From contig NC_000908.2 in assembly GCF_000027325.1 (NCBI RefSeq), forward strand, positions 480,001 to 512,000: DNA of 32,000 nucleotides. The letters run 5' to 3'. The notes below the pieces were generated by a model that saw only the letters and a list, made by a program, of their open reading frames with translations, had not been told where the DNA came from and did not search any database. Positions 9,839-22,421 of the stretch are shown piece after piece. The stretch comes from Mycoplasmoides genitalium G37. GTDB lineage: Bacteria > Bacillota_I > Bacilli_A > Mycoplasmatales > Mycoplasmoidaceae. The stretch's first letter is position 1, and each line of letters starts with the position of its first letter. Position numbers and translations under genes: made by a program.

Positions 9839-10711
9839 TTATTTAGAAAGAAAACTATAAACAGGCAATTTTTGTTTTTCTGTTTTTACAAAAATATCAA
9901 TAAAAATATCACAGTCAAAATGATTTAATAGTTTTTTGCGAGTTGCTATCCCAATTGCTTTGATCATTTCTGCATTTTTTCCAATGATAATCTTTTTTTG
10001 GCTTAATTTTGGAACACTAATTACTAGGTGAATTTTTAACAAGTTTTTTTCTTTATTGAAACTCTTTTCAATAATTTCAATTCTTGCTATATGGGGAATT
10101 TCGTTTTTGCAATAAAAAATTATTTGTTCACGTAATCCTTCAAGAATCTTAAAGTCATCGTTGTTTGCATCAATAAAATTGATATCTTTACGAAAGATAT
10201 TATACCTAAGTTCAACTTGTTTAAAAATTGATCAAAAGAGGTTTTTATCAAACTTAAGCAAGTTTATTTCAATTGTTTTTTGTGGTTTAAACTCTTCTAA
10301 AATAATTGCTTTATTAACTTCACTTAAACTTTTTTGATGAAATTTATTAATTAAAAAAATTCTTGTTAAATTTTGATAGCGCTTTAATTGTTGTAATTGA
10401 GTTTTTAAAAATTCTATCTTGTTATTCTGATCACTTCTAACAACTAAAAGTAATACATCAATTCCACTTAATGCTTTGCGAATTTCTTTAGTTATTAATT
10501 CATAATTTGAATGTTTTTTCTCAGTAAAACCAGGGACATCAATAAAAACAATATTTTTATTAGCTTGGTTAATTACCTCAGTGGAAATAGAAAGAAGCGT
10601 TGTGTTATTCATGGATGATACCATCAGACTATCATCGTTATGTAAAAAATTAATTAGCGTTGATTTTCCTGCATTAGTAGGTCCTAAAACACCAACTTTT
10701 AAAACTTTCAT
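9839..10711 (-). CDS. era: GTPase Era
   Basis: ATG at 10709-10711. G1 GPTNAGKS, G3 DVPGF, atypical G4 NKFH. Joins track ORFs 10232..10711 and 9839..10042 across TGA. C-terminal KH-like region. TAA at 9839-9841, giving 290 aa. Confidence 0.9.
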
Positions 10712-11163
10712 ACTGATAAGATCTCTTCATGAATTGCATCTTGAAAAAACATAGTAACGCTTTCAAATGCTTCACTTTCTTCATGATTAAATTCAAAGAG
10801 GTGTAAAATGCCGTGTATTAAGCATCTAGTTAAAAGAAATCAATTGTTACAACCAATCTCTTTAGCTTTTTTAAAGATGTATTTAGGACACAAAAAAATT
10901 TCGCCGATTGCTAGTGAAAAACCGGTTTCAGTTTCGTTATAGCACAAACTAATTACATCAGTACAACCTCTACGTTTTAAAAACTGTTTGTTCAGTTTTT
11001 TCATTTTTGAACAGGAAACAATTAAAAGCGCAAATTCTGGGTCAAACGATAGGTTTAAACTGCTTTTAATAATTTGGAAACAAAGTTCGACTCCTGCTTG
11101 GTAATTTTTACCAAAAAAGCGCTTAAAAAGGCGGCTTGAATTAATGCTAAAAGATGACTTCAA
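10699..11163 (-). CDS. ybeY: endoribonuclease YbeY (rRNA maturation metalloprotease fold)
   Basis: TTG start at 11161-11163; there is no in-frame ATG between it and the upstream stop at 11212-11214. Extends across TGA at 10840-10842 through [16 protein letters not shown] (His-rich zinc motif) to TAA at 10699-10701, giving 154 aa. It overlaps the era start by 13 nt. Confidence 0.85.
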
Positions 11164-11530
11164 ACAAATCTTTTGATGGTAACATGATAGTAATATTATA
11201 TCAGCCCTGTTCTAGAGTAACACTTAAATCTACCTTTACTAGATTTTTGTTCAATTCTGATGAAATTTCTGATGTAGAAATTTTCTTTTTGTAAAGTCTA
11301 AAAGCTTTTTTTGCTGATTTTTCTGTTGTTTCTGCTTGAAAATTAGTCCATGAAACGTTGTTAAAAAGATTTTCATCTTTTTCATTTTTAAACATTAAAA
11401 AATTTTGTTGTTGCGTAGTTCAAAGATTTACATTAAGATATTGTTTTACCTTTACTGAAAACAAGATAGCAACTGTTGTTAAAAGCAAAATAATAAAAGC
11501 AATTGTTATTCCTAAAATTTTCTGCTTCAT
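11147..11530 (-). CDS. small protein with an N-terminal TM anchor, unknown function (127 aa)
   Basis: ATG at 11528-11530 (MKQKILGITIAFIILLLTTVAILF...). Contains track ORF 11201..11395 and runs through 2 TGA codons to TAG at 11147-11149. It overlaps the ybeY start by 17 nt. Confidence 0.75.
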
Positions 11531-11533
11531 AAT

Positions 11534-13516
11534 TTAACTATTTCTTAAGTAATTAGTTAGGTTAATCTTGTTTTGAGCTTCACTTGCAAAACTCAGATCA
11601 TGCTCAACTAAGACTACAAAATTATTTAAAGTAAGTGGTTTTACTAATAGCTGATAAACACGGTTTTTAATTTCAGGTGCTATTGCATTCATGCATTCAT
11701 CAAGTAAGATCACCTTATTCTTAATGTTGCTAAGTAAGAATAGTTGTAAAATTTGTTTTTGTCCTGAACTTAACTTTGTTTGATTTTGAACACCTGCATC
11801 AAAAAGTAACTGATAGATATGTGGATTCTGATTATTAAATAAAGCCTCACTAAAGCCAAAATCATTTGCTTCTGTTTGCATTAAATTTTGACCCTTTAGA
11901 TAATAAACGTTTTCAAAAAGCTGTTCTTTTGAACATCTTTTTAAATCGACGTTATTAAATTTAATATTGCCCGTATATTCAAAACCTCTACCAGTTAATA
12001 TTTTTAAAAAAGTAGATTTACCACTACCATTTTGTCCAAAAATAACTGTTTCATTTTTGATTTTTAAACTAAGGTTAGCTAAATCAACGTGTTGATTAAG
12101 TGTAACTGATAAATTTTCTAGACTAATTTCATCAGGACACTGTCAATTTACTTTAATACCCTCATCCTTTTTGGTTTCTATAAACAAGTTAACTAATTTC
12201 TCACGACAATAGTGATAAATGTTTATTGCAGCACCAAATTGAACAATTCTTGTAGCATAAGTTGAAAAAAGTGATTGGATACCAAAAACATAGAATAAAA
12301 AGCTCAATTGATAACGCTGTTCAATAATACCAATCACCCCCAAACCTAATATAGCAAAATCAAAACCTTGTTGGAAGAAGCTTTTAATGTTTTCTATAGT
12401 TAGACGATTAATTTCCTTCTGGTTGTTAATGTTTTGATTTTGTAAAAGTGCTTTACGAAAATTCAACATTAAGAAATTAAAGCGCTTTTTATTTTGTTCT
12501 TCACGCAAATTTTCATCTAGCTGTAAACTAATTTTGTTTTGCAATTCAACATAAGGAATTTCCTTCTTTGTAATTTTTTTAGTAAAAAAGAAGTCATAAC
12601 AAAATAAGCCAGCATTGACTACTATTTGTGCAATGGCAATCAATAAAAATTCTAATTGATTAATTCCTATTAAAACACCGATAATTAGTGCAACAACACA
12701 ACTAATAATTAAATTGGGAATATAAAAGTTAAAAAAGGAAAGAACTTCTTTTAAATAAAATTGTCGTTCTATTAATTGATTTGGTGATTTATTACTAAAG
12801 TAAACAAAGCTTTTTTGTTGCAAACTTTGAATAATTCAACCCAAATATCCACGGTATTGTTTTCAAAATAAAAAATTCCTAATTAGTTGCAAAATAACTT
12901 GCAAAAGCAAGTTTAATCCCTTTAGACATGAAAAATAAACTACCAAAACAACTAAATTAACTGCAGTTCCAAAATCAACAGTATTAGTTATTATGGTACG
13001 CGATGCTGTTGCTAATAATGTAGAGATACCAATAATAATCAGTTCAATAAAAACATAAAAAGTGACTAAATTAAAATCAAAAAAGTTACTGAAAAAATTA
13101 CTTTTATTTACTGGTGGAATCTCTTTAAATGCTTTTGCAACAGTTGCTGCATAACCCGTTCAGAGTTTTTCTAGCTTTTCATCAGTTAAAAGGTATTTTC
13201 CTTTTGCAGGATCATATACCTCTCAACTATTTTCATGTTTGTTTTTAACTATGACAAAGTGATCTTTAAAATGAACTATTATGAATTTGCTATCAAGTTC
13301 TTTTAGTTCTTGAAATGTTAATTGATAACTGTTGATTTCAAGACCAAACTTTTTGCCATAACTTTCCATTTCAAATAAGCTTAAGCCATTTGGTGGTAAG
13401 TTAATTTGTTCTAGTAATTCATCATGAACATACTTTTCATCATGGATTGCATTGGCAAGCATACCAATTACGCAAATTCCACACTCATTCTGTTGTTCTT
13501 GATAAATGATTTTCAT
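11534..13516 (-). CDS. ABC exporter with N-terminal C39 (bacteriocin-processing type) cysteine peptidase domain, 660 aa
   Basis: Joins track ORFs 13223..13516, 12143..12823 and 11534..11881 in one frame. C39 motifs are QQNECGICVIGMLA (Cys) and DHFVIV (His). A TM domain follows. The NBD has Walker A GQNGSGKST, signature LSSGQKQ, Walker B VILLDE and H-loop VLVEHD. Confidence 0.9.
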
Positions 13517-13565
13517 CGCCTTTGTTTTGTCTTATTAATAGCAATGAAAAGTGAAAAATGACAAA

Positions 13566-13583
13566 TTTGTAAGCTGTTACAAA
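13566..13583 (-). terminator. weak candidate intrinsic terminator after pepA
   Basis: The minus-strand RNA reads UUUGUAA-CAGC-UUACAAA (7-bp stem, 4-nt loop) followed by UUUGUCAUUUUU, about 40 nt downstream of the pepA stop. The stem is AU-rich and weak. Confidence 0.25.
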
Positions 13584-13623
13584 CACTACAAACTGTTTTA
13601 TTAGTTAAAAATAAAGTTACTTA

Positions 13624-14967
13624 TTATTTATTTGCAAGCTGACTAGCACGTTCGTACAAGGTTCTCACTAAAACACCTTGTCCAAGGTTCTCAATGGAAG
13701 CAGTTGATGCAATATCACAATGGATCAAAGATACACCTTCTCTAAATTCTGCAAGGAAACAAGCTGCTCTTGAAGATCCAGCACCTCTTGCACTAGTAGA
13801 ATTTTGCAAATCAGCAAGTTTTGTTAGCTGTAAAGGTTTTAAATAATCAGGGTGCATAGGTAATCTTCATACAGGTTCACCTGCACTACATGCTGCTTTT
13901 TTAAAAGATTCTCACTGGTGATCACAAGTACTGAAAATACCTGTATAGGTAGTACTCAATATGTATGACATTAAACCAGTAAGGGTTGCTACATCAATAA
14001 TATGTGTAGCAGCTAAATCCTTAGCAGCATATGTAATAGCATCAGCTAAAACCAATCTTCCTTCAGCATCAGTGTTATCTATTTCAACACTTTTACCATT
14101 GTATGCTATCTTAATGTCATCAGGACGTTGCGCCTTAGCACCAGGAAGATTTTCAGTAAGAGCTGCTACTGCAACAACATTGGTTTTAACCTTGTTTTTA
14201 GCTAATGCCAAAACAGTAGAACATACTATAGCCGCACCACTCATGTCATATTTCATGCCACGCATATAATCACCTGTTTTAATGTTCATTCCGCCTGAAT
14301 CATAAGTAATTCCTTTCCCTACAAAAGCAAGTTTTTCTTTGGAATTTTTATTAGCTTGATAACTAATAACAAGTAAACGTGCTTCTCTTTCAGAGCCTTG
14401 ATTAACCCCTAAAAGTAAACCCATTTTTTTCTTAATTAGATCTGATTGTTTAAGAACTTTTATTTTTACAGGCAATTTACTTGCAGCCTTTTCAAAATGT
14501 TTAACAAATACTTCTGAATAAAGTAGATCTGAAGGAGTGTCTTGTAATTCTCTTGCTAGGTTAACATATTCGCCTACTGTTTCATATTCTTTAACTAAGT
14601 TGTGATATTCAACAGCACATTGAACAGCAACTTCAACATTTTTTTCAGGTTTGGTTTTCATTGTGAAAGGAGTAGTTTCACAAAAAGTAACACTTGTAAT
14701 AACAGTTTTTATCGCAGTATGAAAACAACCACTATTTTCATTTTTCTTATAAAGTTCTATAAGACTGTCAAGATTAATGTTTAATTTGGTTTTCTTTCTT
14801 TTAAGAAATTGAACTAAAGCACGGTTGAAAGCAGGAAAATCAGTTGGTAAAACAACACCAAATTCAACATTAGGATTATGTGCAGCTTCTTCTTTTACAC
14901 CATATGTTTTTGAACTCACAAAAACAACTGTGTTGCTATCATCACTAAAAGGTTTATTTATTCTCAT
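13624..14967 (-). CDS. pepA: leucyl (cytosol) aminopeptidase, M17 family
   Basis: Joins track ORFs 13912..14967 and 13624..13857 across 2 TGA codons. M17 signature NTDAEGRLVLAD. 447 aa. Confidence 0.95.
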
Positions 14968-14983
14968 TCTATATCTCTATTTA

Positions 14984-16621
<1,638 letters not shown>

Positions 16622-16627
16622 TTAATT

Positions 16628-16960
16628 TTATCTTTTTCTTTGCTTACCACTTTCTGGTTTTTCAAAGGCAAGTACATCCTCAAATCCAATAATTTTGTAC
16701 TTGTTTCCCTCATTCTCAAAAGAGATACCACTATACTCCTTAAAGTAAATAATATCACCAACACCAAAAGCATATTTTGGTTTTTCTGTTTTGCCATATG
16801 CAGGACCAGCACCAAGAGCAATTACAATCCCTTTATTAGCATTAGCATCGCTTTTATCATTACTTGCCAATGAGGTAATAATCCCTTTTTTTGAGACTTC
16901 TTCTTTGTTTGATTCCACAAGTGAAACCAAGACGTTGTCATGAATTGGCGTTATGTTCAT
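16628..16960 (-). CDS. groS: co-chaperonin GroES (Cpn10)
   Basis: Intact 110-aa ORF 12 nt upstream of groEL. The Cpn10 pattern is visible (ITPIHDNVLV..., GIVIALGAG..., GDIIYFKEYSG). Confidence 0.95.
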   Translation of the reverse strand: MNITPIHDNVLVSLVESNKEEVSKKGIITSLASNDKSDANANKGIVIALGAGPAYGKTEKPKYAFGVGDIIYFKEYSGISFENEGNKYKIIGFEDVLAFEKPESGKQRKR

Positions 16961-17085
16961 AATAAAAATATTTTAATAATTAAAAACTAATTTAAAAGAA
17001 AGTAAAAGTTATCTTAAATTTATCTGATATTAGCGCTAAACATTAATTAATATTTAGTGAGATATTGTTAATTTTTAAATACAAA

Positions 17086-18306
17086 TTAATAAGCTAAACC
17101 CTTATAGAGCGGAAAGCGTTTTAAGAGATTTAAAACAGCTGTTTTTGTTTGACTAATTACCTTTTGATTACCATTACTTTTAATAACCTTATCAATCAAA
17201 CTGGCAACAAAAATAAAGTCATTAGTTTTAAAACCTCTGGTTGTCATTGCAGGAGTTCCAAGTCTAATACCTGAAGGACTAAAAGCAGATTTTGTTTCAA
17301 AAGGGATTGTATTCATATTCAAAACAATGTTAGCTTTTTGTAACCACAACGCAACATCTTTACCATTACCAACCACTAATGAAAATAAGTGGGTTTCAGT
17401 ACCTTTTGACACAACACGATAACCCTGCTTTAAAAATCAATTTGCCATTGCTAAAGCATTATCTTTAACTTGTTGCATATACTGCTTAAACTTTGGATTC
17501 AAAGCTTCTTTAAAACAAACATATTTAGCTGCTATCACATGTTGTAAAGGTCCACCCTGACATCCAGGAAATACTCCACTATCAAGCTTTTTGATAATTG
17601 CTTGGTTGTTAGACATAATGATACCCCCCCTAGGACCACGCAAAGTTTTATGAGTTGTTGAAGTGACAACATCCACAAAAGGCAAAGGGTTTTGGTGCAA
17701 ACCTGCAGCGATGAAACCAGCAATATGGGCAATATCAGCTAAAAGATACGCATTAACTTGTTTTGCAATTGCACTAAATTTTTTAAAGTCAACAGTCCTA
17801 GAATAGTTAGAAAAACCACAAATAATTAACTTTGGTTTGTGTTCGAGAGCAATTTGAAGAATTGCATCATAATCAAGAGTTTCTGTTTCAAAATCTAACG
17901 AATAAGTTACTGCTTGATATTGCTTACCTGAAAAATTAACGGGGCTACCATGGGTTAAATGACCACCACAATTAAGATCTAATCCTAAGATAGTATCTCC
18001 TGGTTTTAACAATGCTAAGTAAACTGCATAGTTAGCAGATGATCCAGAATGAGGTTGGACATTAGCCCATTGTGCTCCAAATAAAGTTTTGCAACTTTCA
18101 ATGGCTAAGTTTTCAGATTCATCAACAACTTCACAGCCTTGATAAAAACGTTTACTGGGATAGCCTTCTGCATATTTATTTGTTAATACTGAACCAGTTA
18201 CAGCTAATATGTCTTGGCTAACGTAATTTTCTGAAGCAATTAAACAAATGTTTTCTCTTTGACGTTGTAACTCTTTATTAAGTAAAAGTCTTACCTTTGA
18301 AAACAT
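17086..18306 (-). CDS. glyA: serine hydroxymethyltransferase
   Basis: Joins track ORFs 17437..18306 and 17086..17412 across TGA. PLP-Lys motif [14 protein letters not shown]. 406 aa. Confidence 0.96.
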
Positions 18307-18315
18307 TCAACTTAA

Positions 18316-19890
18316 TTAACGTAATAAAAACGGTGTTTTTTGATTGTTCTTATCAACATATTTAAATTCTTCCTTTTCACTACTTTTAATTTGGTCGTAC
18401 AAGTGGGTATTGTGCTTTTTAGCAAATTGTGCATAGAAAGATTTTGTGTTACTGTCACCAAAAATTAAATCATAGTGCTGAAATTTATCCCTATTATTAG
18501 TAGTTCTGGTTTTATTTTTTTCACTTTCACGTTTAGAAGTTCTTAAAAGTTGAGACATACCAATGTTATCTTTATGTGTTTTGGAATTCTTATATACCTC
18601 TAAAACACCAAAATAAATACTGTTAATTTTTTGGTTGTTGTTAAATATAGCACTTCCAGAAGAACCACCAGGGAGATTGGTATCATCAAGCATTAAACCA
18701 TATCCATACTGTTGGTACTCTTTGTCATGATATTTAAGTTTAAAGTTTTTGAAGTTTTGAAATGTAACAATCCCTTTTTCGTGTTTAATAACTTTATCAA
18801 CATGACTGTCTTGGGTTTTTTTGGAAAATATTTCACTACCTATTTGACCATCTTTTCTGGCATTTTTTGTAATTACAGGGATCTCTTTAGCAGTTGAAAC
18901 TAAATATGTGTTTTTACTCCATAACTGACTTTTTTGATTAAAGTTATGAGTTCTAGCAAACTCTTCTTTTTGTTCTAATAAGCGGTTTTGATCATAACCT
19001 CTTTCAAGTACAGGATAACCCAAAAGATAGTGGCTATGGTTTCAATGTTGTTCTAAATCTTTGGTTTCAAATATATTAGTGCTATCACCCAAACTTTTAT
19101 AAGTATTAATTGCTGGCTTAATGAATTCATTGAAGATTTGTCAATCACGAAGATTTTCTAAATTAAGTTCCAGTTCTATAACAGCAAAGTCTGCATAAAC
19201 AGGCTTAATACTGTTAACACCTTTCAAGAAATTAGTTGCGGTATACGCAGTTTTAGGAATATTTGATGTTTGAATAGAAAGCAGTGAATCATTTACCTTT
19301 CTTTGTTCTAATTTTTCTTCTTGATAGAGTTTTGTAATATCTGTTTTGTTAGTGTATTTACCAATTGAAAAATAAACAGTTGATTCATATTCATTAAACT
19401 CCCTTTGATCATCTGTTTTGCTGTAAGGTCAATGATCACCGATATTTCTCAACCCATCAGCAACATGCAAATTGGTTGCAATGTAAGCGAAAAAAGAACC
19501 TTGCTTTTGGGTTGTGTTTTCATCACCTTTTCAGTCAATTAATCAACCAGTGCCATAAGAGTCATTACTAAAGCTAGTGAAATTTAAAGTAAAAGTTAAA
19601 TCATATCCTTTTCTGTATATATCACTTTCTTCTGGGATAAAACTTGTATTAAATTTAAAGTTTCTGTTGTAAACCTTCTGTTCTACCTTAGGTTGCTGAT
19701 TTACTTCTGTTCCTTGATCAGATTGTTCATCTTTAAAAGGAGTAGCGTTGTTATCTGTTGTGCTGTCGTTTTTTTCTTCTATAGGAACAGGAACAGGTGA
19801 AACAGCAGAACAAGAAGCTAAAAGTGCTTGTAATGAAATTAGTGAAAAACCTAAACTTTTTAGTTTAAACCACATATCAATCTTTAACAT
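18316..19890 (-). CDS. lipoprotein with a trypsin-like (DUF31-type) serine peptidase domain
   Basis: Joins track ORFs 19543..19911 and 18316..19023 across several TGA codons. Lipobox LQALLASC. His/Asp/Ser-type motifs occur in order: IATNLHVA, YADFAVIEL, LPGGSSGSAIF. I chose ATG 19888-19890 as start; ATG 19873-19875 and TTG 19909-19911 are alternatives. Confidence 0.85.
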
Positions 19891-19998
19891 TTTAATACAA
19901 AAATATTTCAAAACCTTTAATTAATGAAGTTAAGAAGCACTTGTTAAACTTAGGCTTTAGCTTCAAAAATAATTGAGTTCATCTTTTCACTGATAAAT

Positions 19999-20280
19999 TT
20001 AATTATTTTTATTCTGCTTAGTTTTAGATGCAATTAAAAAGAAGAAGCTAATGAAAAAACTAATGAAAGCAAATGCAACCATCAAAAAAGTTAAAAATGA
20101 AAATAGAACTACTATTGACTCAGGTAAACTAACTAAATTAAAACCAAAAAAATTAATCCCGTTAGAATTTGCATTGGCTTGATAACTACTATCTAAAGCT
20201 AGAAAGCCAACTACAAAGCTACCAATTAGAAGAATTAAACCAAAAATAAATCAAAAAACACTATTCAGTTTCTTTTTCAT
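19999..20280 (-). CDS. previously hidden small membrane protein ORF, 93 aa, two predicted TM helices
   Basis: Sequence is ATG(20278-20280) AAA AAG AAA CTG AAT AGT GTT TTT TGA TTT ... AAT AAT TAA(19999-20001). Translation: MKKKLNSVFWFIFGLILLIGSFVVGFLALDSSYQANANSNGINFFGFNLVSLPESIVVLFSFLTFLMVAFAFISFFISFFFLIASKTKQNKNN. It is absent from the track because codon 10 is TGA. It overlaps the rpiB 3' end by 20 nt in another frame. Confidence 0.6.
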
Positions 20281-20719
20281 ATCGAATAATCTTATCTATC
20301 CGTCTTTGGTGTCTACCACCTTCAAAATTAGCTTTGAGAAAATCATCCACTATTTTAATGTTTTCACTGTCAGTTACAAAACGACTGGAAAGACATAAAA
20401 CATTGGCATTATCATGTTGTCTAGCTAAAGCTGCTGTTTTCTCACTAACAACCAAAGCCGCTAATACTCCTTTTACTTTATTTGCTGCCATACAAACCCC
20501 AACACCAGTACCGCAAATTAGTATCCCAAGATCTTTATCAGAATTTTTCTTGACCTTATCAGCTACCAAAAAAGCAAAGTCAGGATAATCATCATTAGCA
20601 TCAAAATAATTAGGGCCAAGATCAACTACATTAAACTGCTTAGTCTTTAGGTGTTCACTAATAATTTTTTTAAGAGTTAAACCGGTATGATCAGAAGCAA
20701 TAAAGATATTAAAACTCAT
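20261..20719 (-). CDS. rpiB: ribose-5-phosphate isomerase B (RpiB/LacAB family)
   Basis: Intact 152-aa ORF. Contains the LILCGTGVG-like motif GILICGTGVGVCMAANK. TAG at 20261-20263. Confidence 0.92.
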   Translation of the reverse strand: MSFNIFIASDHTGLTLKKIISEHLKTKQFNVVDLGPNYFDANDDYPDFAFLVADKVKKNSDKDLGILICGTGVGVCMAANKVKGVLAALVVSEKTAALARQHDNANVLCLSSRFVTDSENIKIVDDFLKANFEGGRHQRRIDKIIRYEKETE

Positions 20720-22420
20720 TTAATTCAGTTCCAGATAGTCTTGTTTTGTATTGGTTTTAATTTTAGTTAAAAGATTAATTAATCCTTCTAATGTATCAGG
20801 ATAGTTTTGTCGATTGTATAGTTTTGTTAACTGTTCTAATGATCTATCGATATGACTACTCTTTTGACGATATTTATTTGCAAAAAGAAAAGCTTGTTTG
20901 CACATTAGCCTTAAGTTAACTAAACTAACAACATCACAAATAACTTCAGTCAATTGAATTTGCAATAAATCTATCTTTTCACTAAACAAATTAAAAGTAC
21001 CTAAATAGTTATTATTAGCTTCAGTGAAGATGTTATCAAGTTCTAATTTCGATTTATTAATTACTTGCAATGTTTTAGCAGGAACCTTTAAATCTTGATC
21101 GCTAATTAAATTTTCAATCTGAAAAAATTTAAATCGGAAATCATCTAAAGTATAGACAAAAAAGCGATAGTCATCAAACTTATTAACTGCTAAATTAAGT
21201 AAATCAGTTAGTGAATTTTTCAGTTTTTCTAAAGCTTGATTTGTTTGACTCATCAAGTAAAACAGTTTTTCATAATTGATTTGATTCTGAGCTAAACTTT
21301 GATGGTTTAAGTTATTAATATTTTTAGTAATTAGATCGCAGTTCTCATTAAGCTCAATAATTAAATCATGCACATCTGTTTCATTTTGGAACACTAATTC
21401 AATGGCTTTAATTGTTGTTTTTAAAAGCTCATTTTTCTTTTCATATTGTTGAATTTGATTACGAAAATCATCAATATTTTCAACCACTAAATTAATGCTT
21501 TTTTCTTTGGAACTAACTGCTTGAAAAAGTCAACTAATCGCCTCTTGAACTTCATCCATATTCCTTTCGCATAGCATTAAATTTAAGTTATTAAGAAAAT
21601 TGGTACAATCCTTTAATTTAATGGTAATGTTATTAATCAATTCATGAAGTTTTAAGAGATCTTGACTGTTAATTACTTTATTCTTCATTAATTCCATTTG
21701 TTTTACCTTTTGAATTAAAACCTTAAAGTGATGGGTTAAATAACTTAACTTAATATCAAACATATATTGCCTGTTAGCAGTAATAATTGTTTGACTGAGA
21801 ATGTTATGTAATTTGTTTAAAAAAGCAATTTGCTTTTCTACATCTTTAGCTTGAATACAATTTTCTATCTCTTTAAACAAGAGCGAAATCCTGTTAAGAA
21901 CATTTAAATAGAAAAGCGAATCATATTTTTCAATTAAAAAATTATTAATAAATTGGTTTAAAAAACAGAAAGCCTGACGATAAAAAACTAAACAATCATA
22001 GCTATTGTTGAAATAAACAATTGCGTTCTTAGTTAGATTAATGTATTCTTGTTGTTTTGTATATAGATGTTGAAGATTTTTATTTAAGAGCTTAATATTT
22101 CTATTAAATCAGATGAAACGATAAATATTATTTGGTTTACTGTAAACTGTTAGTTGCTCAAAAGCTGAATTGATTTCATTATCAAATTTGATTTGAAACT
22201 GTTTTAAAACTTTAATGGATTGTTCTAACGCTTGTTTTTCATTTCTTAGTAATTGAAATGGACTAATCACACAATTGAAATTGCTTAATTTCAAGTTATT
22301 ATAGAGTTGTTTGGTTTTTTTTAAAAGTAAGTTATTTTGTCTAACAAAAAGACAAACTAATAGATAAGCACCAAAAATTACTAGTAGTAAGAAAGGGAGC
22401 AAGATTAGAAAAACCAGCAT
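20720..22420 (-). CDS. N-terminally membrane-anchored, long alpha-helical/coiled-coil protein, 566 aa (EzrA-like architecture)
   Basis: Joins track ORFs 22109..22420, 21530..21880 and 20720..21487 in one frame across TGA. TM helix [25 protein letters not shown] is followed by about 540 aa rich in heptad-like Leu/Ile/Asn/Gln/Lys. Near the C-terminus is the motif FANKYRQ. The ATG is 1 nt after the atpC stop, and the stop abuts the rpiB ATG. Confidence 0.88.
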
Positions 22421-22421
22421 T

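Noticed and set aside
13961-14269. 102-aa + strand ORF (and 14602..14784) antisense to pepA
   Set aside because: Same reasoning: it is embedded antisense in a strongly supported M17 aminopeptidase gene and has no motifs.
17030-17075. CIRCE (HrcA operator) upstream of groES
   Set aside because: Only TTAGCGCTAA and a direct-oriented TTAGTGAG are present. The required inverted arms TTAGCACTC-N9-GAGTGCTAA cannot be aligned without many mismatches.
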